Assembly: GCA_963847445.1 (NCBI GenBank)
Contig: CAWJZV010000001.1
Coordinates: forward strand, 1-44,458
From: an uncultured delta proteobacterium
GTDB taxonomy: Bacteria; Desulfobacterota; Binatia; UBA9968
Direction: 5' to 3'
DNA: 44,458 bases
Below are positions 18,245 through 28,552 of the stretch, in pieces (the stretch's first letter is position 1; each line of letters begins with the position of its first letter). Under the pieces are notes generated by a model that worked only from the letters and a program-made list of their open reading frames with translations, was not told the DNA's origin and did not search any database. Made by a program: the position numbers and the translations under genes.

Positions 18245-19237
18245 TCATCGCTTTGCTAACTGATCGATAAAGCCACTGTCGTCGAGTTTCTTTAGTATCG
18301 AATGGTTGATTACCATCTCAGGTTTGACCTTCGCCACTAACGGATCGGTTTCAGCGATGAATTCGATCATCGATGCGATGCCAGTGCTGTCGACATATGG
18401 TTTTGGCGGCAGCACTTTGAGCGCCGATTGATAATGTTCCTCAGCCTTCTCGACTCGATCGAGTCTTAAAAACTTGGCGATGACTTGCTTGACCCGTTCC
18501 TTGTTCCGCGGGTCCAGGCTGTAGCTATTGCCGGCCACGATGCCTTTTAGCGCCCGCTCGACAAACTCCGGGTCATTCTTGATTGTCCGCTCACGAATGC
18601 TCATAGTTTGCTGTGGATAGGGAATCGGCAGCTCGGTGAAATCGGCCAGGATCGAATTACCACGTTCCTTCAGCACCGACCCGAGACCGGGATTGACGAT
18701 GATCGCGTCGCTGCCACCGGACTGCAACGAACCGACCCGCGCGGCTTGATTGCCCAATTGAAGAATCGTGATGCGGTCGCGCCGGGCATCGAGGCCCCAA
18801 TGCTTCAAACCAAGTAACACGGCGTGATAAGACGCCGTGCCGGCTTGCGCCGCGCCGATCCGCCTGCCTTTGAGATCTTCAGGTTTCTTGATCGCCGCTG
18901 AGGTTACCAAGATGTAATTCATCTTGTTGACCATGCCGGCAAACATGGTCAGATCCGCGCCGCGTGCGCGCGCGCTAATCACCGGCTGGCCCGACATGCC
19001 CATGATCGGTATGTCTCCCGAAATCAACGCCTGGGCTCCCCTTGTGCCCCCTTCGATCAAAATCAAATCGGGATCGCTGCCGTAACGTTTAAATAGCCCC
19101 TCTTCTTTAGCTACCCAAAGCGGCGTTTGATTGGAACTGAAGGACGAATAACCGAGCAGAAACTTATTCTGCGCCAAACCTAGAGCCTGATAAAGGAGTA
19201 CGCAGGTGCCAAATATGAGACCAGATATTCTCCTCAT
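18245..19237 (-). CDS. NMT1/THI5-like substrate-binding protein
   Basis: Start MRRISG after AAGGAG; LWVAKEEGLFKRYG, DLKGRRIG, C-terminal DDSGF. Confidence 0.9.
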   Translation of the reverse strand: MRRISGLIFGTCVLLYQALGLAQNKFLLGYSSFSSNQTPLWVAKEEGLFKRYGSDPDLILIEGGTRGAQALISGDIPIMGMSGQPVISARARGADLTMFAGMVNKMNYILVTSAAIKKPEDLKGRRIGAAQAGTASYHAVLLGLKHWGLDARRDRITILQLGNQAARVGSLQSGGSDAIIVNPGLGSVLKERGNSILADFTELPIPYPQQTMSIRERTIKNDPEFVERALKGIVAGNSYSLDPRNKERVKQVIAKFLRLDRVEKAEEHYQSALKVLPPKPYVDSTGIASMIEFIAETDPLVAKVKPEMVINHSILKKLDDSGFIDQLAKR

Positions 19238-19310
19238 TTTAAGCTCCTTGGTTGGCGATATCCAATCTAAAACTAGAAATCTAAAACAGGCAACGCTCGG
19301 GCGGACGCCA

Positions 19311-20402
19311 CTACGGATGGACATCCTGGGTAAACCACTCCCCCGGCACTTCTCGCCCCAACCCCTTGGCCAGCGCGGCATCGTAAACCTTTTTCCCCAC
19401 CGCGGCGAATTGCGCGCCCATGCCGATGTTATTGACGAAGCCGGTGATTTGCCGATCATTTTCGCGTCCCGTGATCCGGCCGCAAAGGAGATCCGGCAAG
19501 GTCGGCAGAGACTGCCAATCGATGGACCGTGTCATCGGATGGTCGCGCAGGGTGAAATCGTCGCGCTCGAAATGGGCCAGCGCCGAAGAAGTCACATTGT
19601 TCTCAGTCGAATGCGTGTGCAGCACCAACGGTTGGCAGGCCATTAACGCTTCGTCGTCGAATTCATCGCGCTGCATGGCGCTGATGTGCAAGCCTTCGCG
19701 CAACGCCCACTTGCCGAGAAACGGCTTGCGCGCATTGGTCGAGGTGATCAGGATGTCGACATCCTGCGCCGCCGCCTCGTAGGAATCCACCGGAACGATT
19801 TCAACGCTGACTTTGGCGCTGGTTTCCTTGGCGAAATTTTCCCGGTTGGCTTTGGTCGGACTGTAGACTTTGATGCGCTTGATCTTGCGCGCCTCGCACA
19901 CGGCTAACACCTGGGTGCCGGCCTGCCAGCCGGAACCGATCAGGCCGACGGTTTCGGCATTGGCCCGCGCCAGGTATTTGGTCGACACGCCGTTGGCGCC
20001 GCCGACGCGGAAGCGTTGCAAGACGCCGTCGTTCATCACTGCCAGCAACTCACCGTTGGCCGAACTGAAAAGCAAAATGACTCCCATCCAGCGCTGCCCC
20101 GGCAGCATAGGTAGCTTTTCCCGGCGCATGCCGCCGGCGGTATCGCGCCAGGCGACGATGTCGGAGGAAAAGCGCAGCGCCGCGGTGCCAAAGTGCGGAC
20201 TGGCGCCGCTCATGCTTTTTAAATAGTGAGCCATCGGCCCCTCGGCGTTCGCCGCCGCGGCGGTCGGACTATGAACATCGGACCGGGGCGCGGTGACCGC
20301 CACACCCTGGCCCATTTCTCGATAGAGAATCTCCAACGCCTCCATCGTGTCCTTCATGGTGATCAATTCACCCACTTCATCGTTGTTGAGAAATAATGGC
20401 AT
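19311..20402 (-). CDS. Ornithine cyclodeaminase / mu-crystallin family protein
   Basis: LFLNNDEV, GLIGSGWQA Rossmann motif, VYSPTKANRE, GMGAQFAAVG. Confidence 0.9.
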   Translation of the reverse strand: MPLFLNNDEVGELITMKDTMEALEILYREMGQGVAVTAPRSDVHSPTAAAANAEGPMAHYLKSMSGASPHFGTAALRFSSDIVAWRDTAGGMRREKLPMLPGQRWMGVILLFSSANGELLAVMNDGVLQRFRVGGANGVSTKYLARANAETVGLIGSGWQAGTQVLAVCEARKIKRIKVYSPTKANRENFAKETSAKVSVEIVPVDSYEAAAQDVDILITSTNARKPFLGKWALREGLHISAMQRDEFDDEALMACQPLVLHTHSTENNVTSSALAHFERDDFTLRDHPMTRSIDWQSLPTLPDLLCGRITGRENDRQITGFVNNIGMGAQFAAVGKKVYDAALAKGLGREVPGEWFTQDVHP

Positions 20403-20496
20403 GCATACCTCGGCTTCGCGGTCATGGCTCCCGATCGTGCTCGTTGATCGAAACTAAAATCCCTAACGAACATGAGCGACGAGCATGATCACGGTT

Positions 20497-21597
20497 TTAA
20501 TCCCTGATATCCTGCAAGAACCACTCGGTCGGCAGTTCGCGTCCGAGCCCGCGCTCTTTGGCAAGTTCATAGACCTTCCCGGCAACGGCAAAAAATTGCG
20601 CGCCCTGAATATTGCCGCGCTCCGAGTACGTTACCTGCTTGTCGGAACTGCGCCCTGTTTTCGCCCCGCTAAGTATCTCCGAAAAAAACAGCGCGCGATC
20701 TTCGGCGATGACGCCATGACCGCGCTTGCCGGCACGCTTCATTTGAAAGCCGGCGTAATCCTTAGGCTTGGCCGCGTAGGTAATGTATTCATCGGCCAGC
20801 CCGAATTCCGGCAGCCCCCAAGGCGCTGGCGCATTGCCCAGTCGCAACGAAACATCGATGCGTTTCAACGTGTCGTCGTCCGGTTTGCCGCCGACGCAGG
20901 TGACATGGGTCCCATCTTCCAACCATTTGCCAATGACGATCGGCACGGCGGAGTCGGTGCAACCGGCGACGATATGCGCGCCTTTGTAAACGTCGCGCGG
21001 GTGGCTCATCGGCACGACTTCGAGACCGAATTCCACGCTGATTTCCTTGGCGTAGGCTTCGCGGTTTGCCTTGGTCGGGCTGTAGACCTGAATCTTTTTA
21101 ATTTTGCGCGCCTGCAGAAACGACTCGACATGGGAGCGCGCCATGCCGCCGGAGCCGATCATGCCAACGACGCTGGCGTCTTCCCGCGCCATGTATTTGG
21201 CGCCGATGCCGGAGTCGGCGCCGACCCGCATATGCTGCAGATAGCCGTCATTGATCAGCGCCAGCGGCTCGCCGTTCTCGATGCTATTCAAGAGAATCAA
21301 GCCGCAAAAGTTACCGGGCCGCACGCAGTATTTTTCCTGGGTGATCGCGCCTTGATATTCCTGCTCGTAGATCACGTCCGATTTCATGCGGATGGCGAAG
21401 TAGCCGGATATGGAGCCGCCTTCCATGGTGCCCCACTGATAAATTTTGTCCGGGTCGGTGGTCGGAATCTGAATATCGATGCGCGGCCGGCAGACCGCTT
21501 CCTGGCGCGCCAATTCCCGATAAGCCTTGTCCAGCGCGTTCATGGTCAGTTCCATGGTCAGCACTTGTTTCACGTCATCGTTGTTGAGAAAAAGCAT
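20497..21597 (-). CDS. Ornithine cyclodeaminase / mu-crystallin family protein (paralog)
   Basis: GMIGSGGMA, VYSPTKANRE, QGAQFFAVAG, WFLQDIRD. Confidence 0.9.
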   Translation of the reverse strand: MLFLNNDDVKQVLTMELTMNALDKAYRELARQEAVCRPRIDIQIPTTDPDKIYQWGTMEGGSISGYFAIRMKSDVIYEQEYQGAITQEKYCVRPGNFCGLILLNSIENGEPLALINDGYLQHMRVGADSGIGAKYMAREDASVVGMIGSGGMARSHVESFLQARKIKKIQVYSPTKANREAYAKEISVEFGLEVVPMSHPRDVYKGAHIVAGCTDSAVPIVIGKWLEDGTHVTCVGGKPDDDTLKRIDVSLRLGNAPAPWGLPEFGLADEYITYAAKPKDYAGFQMKRAGKRGHGVIAEDRALFFSEILSGAKTGRSSDKQVTYSERGNIQGAQFFAVAGKVYELAKERGLGRELPTEWFLQDIRD

Positions 21598-21639
21598 CTT
21601 GCTCCCCTAGGACTGGCCAATCGAACTCATCGCCAATTC

Positions 21640-21797
21640 ATTTCACCACGGAACTCCGAGCACGACACAGCCGCAACCGAAATTCGGAATATCTCCCGCA
21701 AAGACGCTAAGCTCGCAAAGGTCGGAAAATAAGATGGTGCAACCGTTTTTAATAGTCCTATTTTTTTCCTTTCCGAACTTCGTGTCCTTCGTGGTAA
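21640..21797 (+). repeat. About 150-bp dispersed element (CGCAAAG/CACGAAG family)
   Basis: Close match to the reverse complement of 39925-40068. Confidence 0.85.
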
Positions 21798-21807
21798 GTA
21801 TTCCGGT

Positions 21808-22803
21808 TTACGGATTGCGGCCCCACAATTTCACGAAGAACCCTTCATCGACCAATTCTTGAACAAGACTGTTGTCGTAGAACTGGCCCGGCTTAGCTTG
21901 TTTCGCCTTGGGGTTGGTCCGGCCGATCTCATCGAGAGTTACCTGGAATCCAGCAGCTTTAACGAACGGGACCTTCTCCATAAACTCGTAGCCGTATTTC
22001 AAGCTGCCGTCGAGGATTCTTGGATCAGTGACCTTGGTGTATTTAGCGAATATCGTCTTCGTCTCGGCCGGTCGGTTGTAAATGAAATGCATCGCCTTGC
22101 CGTAGGCGCGCAAAAAAGCTTTCGCCGTTGGCCGCCTTTCTTTGACGAAGCGTTTGGTGGTCGTCAGAGTCAAGTGAACGAAGGGAATCTCATCCTTGGC
22201 GAGATTGGCCAGCACCTTTGCCCCTCCCTGTTCAGCGACATAGACCATCGGATAAGACATTGGCGCCGCCGCGATAATCTTCTTGGACAGCGCCGCGGCG
22301 ATCTCGGGCATGCCGCCGATTTGAATGAACGCTACATCCTTATGAGCTTCGAGCCCATGCTTCGCCAGAAACATGCGCATACCGAAGTCAGTGGCTGCGC
22401 CAAAACGCGAGACACCGATAGTTTTGCCTTTGAGGTCGGCGACGGTTTTTATCTCAGGCGTGGCCATAACATAGAAAGGCACGATATTCACCGTCGCCCC
22501 AATCGCCACCAAGTCGCCGCCTTGGAGCCCCGAGTCCGCAATCACCTGGCTATTTTGCGCGCTAATAACCACATCACCGGCCAGCGTCGCTTTCGCCGCC
22601 ACCGGTGAGCTGGCGATATACATGGTATCGACGTCCAAACCTTCTTCTTTGTAGAATCCTGCGTCGTTCATGATCCAAAACGGCGCATTGAACGCGCTCA
22701 CCGCAGTCCAGGCAATGACCAGCTTTTGAGCCTGAGCCGGCGCGATGCCGAGAGCGAGCAGCAGAAGTACGATCGCAACGCCAGCACGAACGCGATTGTC
22801 CAT
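21808..22803 (-). CDS. NMT1/THI5-like substrate-binding protein
   Basis: Signal peptide AQA-Q; GFYKEEGLD, DLKGKTIGVSRFG; close paralog of its upstream neighbour. Confidence 0.92.
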   Translation of the reverse strand: MDNRVRAGVAIVLLLLALGIAPAQAQKLVIAWTAVSAFNAPFWIMNDAGFYKEEGLDVDTMYIASSPVAAKATLAGDVVISAQNSQVIADSGLQGGDLVAIGATVNIVPFYVMATPEIKTVADLKGKTIGVSRFGAATDFGMRMFLAKHGLEAHKDVAFIQIGGMPEIAAALSKKIIAAAPMSYPMVYVAEQGGAKVLANLAKDEIPFVHLTLTTTKRFVKERRPTAKAFLRAYGKAMHFIYNRPAETKTIFAKYTKVTDPRILDGSLKYGYEFMEKVPFVKAAGFQVTLDEIGRTNPKAKQAKPGQFYDNSLVQELVDEGFFVKLWGRNP

Positions 22804-23792
22804 CACGGCGCCCTCCCCCACAGTTTCACGAAGAAACCTTCGTCGATCAGTTCCTGCACCAGGCTGTTATCGTAGAACTGTTCGGGCTTGGCGCTCTTCG
22901 CTTTGGGATTTTTTTTGGCGATGTCGTCGAGCGTGACCTGAAAAGCGGCGGCCTTTACCAGCGGCACTCTTTCGATGAAGTCGTAAGCGTACGTCAGACT
23001 ACCCTCGACCATGCCTTGATCTTTGATCTTGGTGTATTTGCTAATAATCGCTTTGCTGTCTTCCTTTTTAGTATGCATGAAGTGGACGGCGCGGCCGTAG
23101 GCGCGCAGATAAGCTTTAGCCTGGGCGCGCCGTTCGCGCATGAACTTGCGCGTCGTGGTCACGCCGACATGGAGAAACGGAATGTTTTCCTTCGCCAGAT
23201 TCGCCAACAGATGCGCCCCGCCCTGCTGTGCGACGTAAGCTATGGGTTGAGAAAATGCCGCGGCATGCACCGTGCGCTTGCCCATCGCCGCAGCGATCTC
23301 GGGCAGCCCGCCGAGTTGAATCATCGGCACATCCTTCACCGGTTCCAAGCCGTATTTAGTTAAAAACATGCGCATGCCGACATCGCCGGAAGAGCCGAAG
23401 CGGGTCACACCGACGGTTTTCCCCTTGAGATCGGCGATGGTTTTTATTTCCGCCGTCGCCATGATGTAGAATGCCACGACATTGGTGATGCCGCCCATCG
23501 CCACTAGATCGCCGCCCTGCAGGCCGACATCGGCGACCACTTGGCCGTTGGCGGGTGAGATCATCACCTCGCCGGCAAGCGTCGCCTGGGCCACGGTCGA
23601 TGAACTGGGAATGTAGACCAGCTCGGTGTCGAGCCCTTCTTGCTTGGCGAATCCGGCATCCTGGATAATCCAGAAGGTCGCGTTGAGCGCGCTAATTGAT
23701 GAGTATGCTTGCACGAACTTTTGCGCCTGTGCCGCAGCAGGCAAAAGCAGCAAGGCGAGAGCGATTAAAAATTTCCCCAGTTGATTTTTCAT
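22803..23792 (-). CDS. NMT1/THI5-like substrate-binding protein (tandem paralog)
   Basis: Shares QFYDNSLVQEL-DEGFFVKLWGR with 21808; TGATG coupling at 22801-22805. Confidence 0.92.
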   Translation of the reverse strand: MKNQLGKFLIALALLLLPAAAQAQKFVQAYSSISALNATFWIIQDAGFAKQEGLDTELVYIPSSSTVAQATLAGEVMISPANGQVVADVGLQGGDLVAMGGITNVVAFYIMATAEIKTIADLKGKTVGVTRFGSSGDVGMRMFLTKYGLEPVKDVPMIQLGGLPEIAAAMGKRTVHAAAFSQPIAYVAQQGGAHLLANLAKENIPFLHVGVTTTRKFMRERRAQAKAYLRAYGRAVHFMHTKKEDSKAIISKYTKIKDQGMVEGSLTYAYDFIERVPLVKAAAFQVTLDDIAKKNPKAKSAKPEQFYDNSLVQELIDEGFFVKLWGRAP

Positions 23793-23832
23793 TTCCGTCC
23801 TATCCGACTTATCCGTCCGATTCTTTCCAGCA

Positions 23833-23907
23833 GTGGTACCGGCACCTCACAGCGCTGTCAAGCCAAGCAAGATTTTCCTTGAAATGATCCGACAGCTATC
23901 CTATGGT
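23833..23907. promoter_or_regulatory. Putative divergent sigma70 promoters
   Basis: Minus: TTGACA(23861-23856)-17-TACCAC; plus: TTGAAA(23879)-17-TATGGT(23902). Confidence 0.45.
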
Positions 23908-23932
23908 CCCGGCTGAAATCATTGGACGGACT

Positions 23933-25126
23933 ATGAGCATAACAAACAAAGCGGCAATCGTTGGCATCGGCGACACTCCGACGGATCGCTTGGGCTCCAA
24001 GCCCGGCGAGCCACGCAAGTCGAGCGCCGAATATCTAGCTTGGGCCATGCATCTCGCGTTGGAAGACGCCGGTTTGAGCCTCAAGGATTTCCAGGGACAG
24101 GGACTCGGCGTGACGATTCCCACGGCGTATCCCCAACCGTTCTGGCCGGAAGAGGTCAGCGAGATCCTCGGAATCACGCCGGGCTTCTTGCTCGGCGGCG
24201 CTACCGGCGGCGCCGGTGCGGTGTCGCTGATGGGCGGCATGAGCGCAGCGATCAACTCGGGATTGATCGATCTCGCGCTGGTGATCGGCGCGGCCGCGCC
24301 CTTCTCCGAACATTGGGGCGGCGGCATTCAGCCCGGTGACATGCGCGACTGGGAAATCCCCTACGGCACCATGGGACCTAATAGTAAAATCGCCATGGTC
24401 ATGCGCCGGCATATGCATGAATACGGCACGACCCTCGATCATCTCGGCAAGATCGCCGTCACGGCGCGCTATCACTCAAGCTTGAACCCGCTCGGCTATC
24501 TGCGCTCGCCGATGACTATCGATGATTATAAAAAGTCCCGCTTAGTCGCCGATCCGGTGCGCTTGTTCGACTGCGTGATGCCGGCCAACGGCGGCAAGGC
24601 CTATATCTTGGCCTCGCCTGAGCGCGCCAAGACATTGCGCAAGAAACCGGTGTGGGTCAAAGGCTTCGGCGAACGCAGCAATCCCTCCTACGGTCCGCGC
24701 GCCGGTTCCGATGCTCTAATCATGGGCGTCAAAGACGCCGGCCGAGTCGCCATGGAGATGGCCGGGGTAAAGCATAAGGACATTAATTTTTTGCAGCTTT
24801 ATGACGACTACGTGATCGTGGTTTACTTGCAGATCGAAGACCTGGGCTTTTGCCAGAAAGGCGATCTTAAATTCTTCGAGAATACCGACTTTACTTTTAA
24901 AGGCCAACTGCCGATCCAAACCGGCGGCGGCATTATCAATTGCGGCCAGCCATCCACCGCCGGCGGCGTGCATCATATTTTAGAGGGCGTGCGCCAGTTG
25001 CGCGGTGAAGGCGGCGAGCGCCAGGTGCCCAATGCCAAGATCGGCTTGATCTCCGGATTGGGCGTGCTGCCCTACGGCAAGAATCTCGGTTGCTGTGCCG
25101 TGGCGATTTTGGGCAACGAACTGTAG
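23933..25126 (+). CDS. Thiolase-fold (SCP2/Ltp2-like) protein
   Basis: AAIVGIG, RRHMHEYGTT, PVRLFDC, QLYDDY, IEDLGFC, PIQTGGG, EGVRQLRGEGGERQV. Confidence 0.9.
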   Translation: MSITNKAAIVGIGDTPTDRLGSKPGEPRKSSAEYLAWAMHLALEDAGLSLKDFQGQGLGVTIPTAYPQPFWPEEVSEILGITPGFLLGGATGGAGAVSLMGGMSAAINSGLIDLALVIGAAAPFSEHWGGGIQPGDMRDWEIPYGTMGPNSKIAMVMRRHMHEYGTTLDHLGKIAVTARYHSSLNPLGYLRSPMTIDDYKKSRLVADPVRLFDCVMPANGGKAYILASPERAKTLRKKPVWVKGFGERSNPSYGPRAGSDALIMGVKDAGRVAMEMAGVKHKDINFLQLYDDYVIVVYLQIEDLGFCQKGDLKFFENTDFTFKGQLPIQTGGGIINCGQPSTAGGVHHILEGVRQLRGEGGERQVPNAKIGLISGLGVLPYGKNLGCCAVAILGNEL

Positions 25127-25183
25127 AGACATAAAATCCGTTCGTGCTTGTCGAAGCGCGAACTCGGCGAAAAGAATAAAACC

Positions 25184-25612
25184 ATGGCTGAACTAGACGT
25201 AAGAAAACCCCTGCCGGCGATCACCAACGAAGCAAAAGCCTTTTGGGACGCCGCGGCGCAACAGCAACTTTCCATCCAGCGCTGTCAAGATTGCCGCGCC
25301 TGGGTCTGGACCCCGCGCCCCTCGTGTAACGAGTGCGGCAGCCAAAAAGTCGTGTGGACGCCGATGAGCGGCAAGGGCGAAATCTATTCGTTCACGGTCA
25401 TCCGCCAGGTCGTCGGCCGCGCCGCATCGAAGGCCTTCGAGCCCGACATCCCCTACGTCATCGCGTGGGTGGACCTCGACGAAGGCCCGCGCCTGATCAC
25501 CAACGTTATTGGTTGCCCTGTGGAAGACGTGAAACTGGGAATGAAAGTAACCGTGCAATTCGAGAAGGCGTCCGAGAAAATTTGGCTGCCGAAGTTCAAA
25601 CCGGCGGCCTAA
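25184..25612 (+). CDS. DUF35-type Zn-ribbon/OB-fold protein
   Basis: FWDAA, CQDC...PRPSCNEC, SGKGEIYSFT, PYVIAWVDLDEGPRL. Confidence 0.92.
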   Translation: MAELDVRKPLPAITNEAKAFWDAAAQQQLSIQRCQDCRAWVWTPRPSCNECGSQKVVWTPMSGKGEIYSFTVIRQVVGRAASKAFEPDIPYVIAWVDLDEGPRLITNVIGCPVEDVKLGMKVTVQFEKASEKIWLPKFKPAA

Positions 25613-25772
25613 CCGCCGACAAAATTTCACAGTTCGGTTCATCTGAATTCAAGGAATAGACGAAGATCTTCGCGTGCTCGAAAATTGCCAGTTCGTCCTG
25701 CCGGCGCAGGGCACTGAGCGCCGATCCGTAATCATGCTCTGCCAATGCCAGCCCCTTTCCGCCGAGGCGCCG

Positions 25773-26006
25773 TTAGCTGCTGGTGATGACAATGCCACAT
25801 TCTTCGCAGCGATAACGTGCGCCCTTGCCGCCTGTCTGTGCGAGTTTCTCAAAATCGAAGTTCTTAATGCCGCTGGTATCGAAACACTCTGGGCAATGAC
25901 CATCGCCCAAATCTTCGGCGGCCAGGGTCAGATGGCAGAGGCGGCAGCGCATGGTGCTTTTGCGCTCGGCGAGCAGTTCTAAAGTGGAATGTTTGCAATC
26001 CGTCAT
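25773..26006 (-). CDS. Small Cys-rich putative zinc-finger protein
   Basis: 77 aa with CKH, CRLC, CPEC and CEEC; starts 17 bp after the uup stop. Confidence 0.7.
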   Translation of the reverse strand: MTDCKHSTLELLAERKSTMRCRLCHLTLAAEDLGDGHCPECFDTSGIKNFDFEKLAQTGGKGARYRCEECGIVITSS

Positions 26007-26022
26007 CGCCGCGAAGGGTCCA

Positions 26023-27941
26023 TCAGTTATTGGCAGCCACCGCCACTAGCTCTAAAACCTGCCAGCGCGCATAGCAGGATTCCAACTCGCTTTTAACCGC
26101 TTCGATGCGGGCCATGGTCGCGGTATATCTTTTCGTTGCCCTGGCGGTAAAACTCCGGCTCGCCCATGCGCGCGTTGAGCTCCGCCTGCCTCTGCCTCAA
26201 GGGCTTCAATTTTCTCCGGCAACGCCGTCAATTCACGCTGCTCTTTGTAGCTGAGCTTGCGCGGCTTTTCAGTTCGCTTGCTGTCAGCCGGTGGCGGCAT
26301 CGCGACGCCATTGGCGCGCTTGTTTATGTCACTGGGTGCGTCGGGAATTTGCCGTTGGTAGCGCGCCCAGTCTTCGTAGCCGCCGGCGTATTCGGTGAAC
26401 TTGCCGTCGCCTTCGAAGACCAGCGTGCTGGTGACGACATTGTCGAGAAAGGTGCGATCGTGGCTGACCAACAGGAGCGTGCCTTCGTATTCGGACAAGA
26501 GTTCTTCGAGCAGTTCCAAGGTGTCGACATCGAGGTCGTTGGTCGGCTCGTCGAGCACCATCAGATTAGCCGATTGAGTAAATAGTTTCGCCAACAGCAA
26601 ACGGTTGCGCTCGCCGCCGGACAGCGCGTTCACCGGTGAGTCGATGCGCTGGGGTGGGAACAGAAAATCCTTCAAATAGCCGACCACATGGCGCGAGCGG
26701 CCGCGCACGGTGACGATATCCGAATCGCTCAGGTTCGCGCGCACGGTTTTTTCCGGGTCGAGGGTGCGGCGATGCTGATCGAAGTAGGCCACCTGCAGCC
26801 GGGTGCCCAACAACACTTCGCCAGTGGTCGGCGCCAGCTCGCCCAGGATCAATTTGAGCAACGTGCTCTTGCCCGAACCATTGGGGCCGATGATGCCGAC
26901 ACGGTCGCCGCGCATGTATTCTTGTCGAGAGCTCGCGAATGATCGCATGCTCACCATAGTGAAACCCGACCCGGCGCAGGTCGACGACCAGCTTACCCGA
27001 GGACGCGCCGGCGTCGAGGGTGAAACGCGCCTTTCCCTGGGCATCCAGGCGGTCGGCTTTTTCTTTACGCAGGGCTTGAAGCTCGCGCACCCGGCCCTCG
27101 TTACGGGTACGGCGGGCCTTGACGCCCCGGCGAATCCACGACCTCTTCCTCGGCGAGTTTTTTGTCGAACTTGGCCGACGGCCCGTTCCTCGATCGCCAA
27201 GAGCTCGTCTTTTTTCTGTAAGTAGCGATCGAAATCGCCGGGAAACGACGTAAGCTTGCCACGGTCGAGCTCGACGATGCGCGTCGCCAAGCGCCGGACC
27301 AAAGTCCGGTCATGGGTAATGAACATGACCGCGCCTTGGTAATTGAGCAGATATCTTTCCAGCCAATCGATGGCATTGATATCCAGATGGTTGGTCGGCT
27401 CATCGAGCAGCAACAAATCGGGCTCGCTGGCGAGTGCGCGGGCAAGCATCACCTGGCGGCGTATGCCGCCGGAACAATCGGCGAGCCGCTTATCCTCAGG
27501 CAGATTCAATCTTGTCAGCACGGTCTCGACTCTTTGATTGATGTTCCAGCCGCCCAGGGTCTCGATCCTGGCTTGCAAGCGCGCCAGCTGCAGCAACGAG
27601 TCGCGATTCGCCAGCTGACCACCATGGGTTAGATTGTGATATTCCGCTAATAGCGCGCCGATCTCGCCGATGCCGCCGGCGACGACTTCGAAAACCGACT
27701 GGTCGGTGTCGGGCGGCACTTCTTGTTCCAGGTGCGCCACGCGCAACGACTCGGCGCGCCAGATTTCGCCCTCATCCGGTAACAACTGCCCCGCGATCAC
27801 GCGGAACAGCGTGGTCTTGCCGGTGCCATTGCGCCCGACCAAACAGACCCGCTCGCCGGCGTCGATCTGAAAACCAACCTGAGACAATAATGGAATATGG
27901 CCGTAGGCGTGGGAGATGTTATCGAGGCGAAACAGAGGCAT
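26023..27941 (-). CDS. uup: ABC-F family ATPase Uup (several frameshifts)
   Basis: GRNGTGKT and GPNGSGKS Walker A motifs, DEPTNHLD and DEPTNDLD, LSGGERNR, C-terminal KLSYKEQREL...YARW. Confidence 0.88.
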
Positions 27942-28008
27942 GCTTGAATATGGTTTCCTATCGTGACAGGGAAATTTTGCCGCACAGGCGGCGCGGGTTA
28001 CGACGCCG

Positions 28009-28305
28009 TTAGCGCATCAACGCCGCCGCCAAAGCGATCGCGGCAATTGTCGCGGTGGCGATCAGTGCGATGAGGAAAAATTGCACGGTCTTGCGCAGCT
28101 TGGCCAGTTGCGCCTGCAACACTGTGATCTGCACGTCCATGGTCGCGTTGAGCTCGTTTTGAATCTCGAAACCCTTCTCCAGCGCCGTTAGCCGATTCGC
28201 GCTGTCATCGGATCGCAGGTCGCCAAGCCGCCTACGCAGCGCTCCCACCGCCGCCGTCCCGCCGGCCACCACCAGCGGTCGCAATTTCGTCAATAACTGT
28301 CTCAT
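28009..28305 (-). CDS. Hypothetical coiled-coil protein with C-terminal TM helix
   Basis: Heptad-like RLTALEKGFEIQNEL...LQAQLAKL then FFLIALIATATIAAIALAAAL; start uncertain. Confidence 0.6.
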   Translation of the reverse strand: MRQLLTKLRPLVVAGGTAAVGALRRRLGDLRSDDSANRLTALEKGFEIQNELNATMDVQITVLQAQLAKLRKTVQFFLIALIATATIAAIALAAALMR

Positions 28306-28384
28306 CGCTAGGTTCTAGCTACCCTGGTCATGATTGGGATCTTACCCTAATCGCCGGCCCGGATAAACTCGCCACCTGGTGTCT

Positions 28385-28552
28385 CTAGCGCAGGATATCG
28401 TTGAGCAATCGGTTGTCGAAGAATTCTTTCGGGTCGGCCGCCGCGGCCTTGGGATGATCGAGATAACGCAACAGATTGGCGTAGCTGCGCTCATCTACGC
28501 GCAGGGTTTGCGGGAATTGGTCTTTGAAGAACTCGAACGAAGCTTGCAGCAC
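28385..28552 (-). pseudogene. 55-codon mini-ORF matching only the C-terminal part of an NMT1-like SBP
   Basis: GGAGG-7 nt-GTG; VLQASFEFFKDQFPQTLRVDERSYANLLRYLDHPKAAAADPKEFFDNRLLNDILR* versus NPKAKSAKPEQFYDNSLVQEL. Confidence 0.7.

Noticed and set aside
18135-18245. Phage or IMEX element integrated at the dif-like site
   Set aside because: No second dif-like copy noticed, and no phage, replication or integrase genes adjacent.
19237-19459. Long N-terminal extensions in the ORF track (18245-19459; also 40088-41221, 9735-10676, 11068-11928, 4303, 5400)
   Set aside because: They overlap neighbouring genes or repeats; downstream starts have an RBS, a signal peptide or translational coupling.
20485-21732. 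415-aa plus-strand ORF and other long antisense ORFs (214-786, 1184-1828, 14803-15408, 21859-22608, 40364-40966)
   Set aside because: Antisense shadows of well-supported genes, common in GC-rich DNA; no recognisable motifs.
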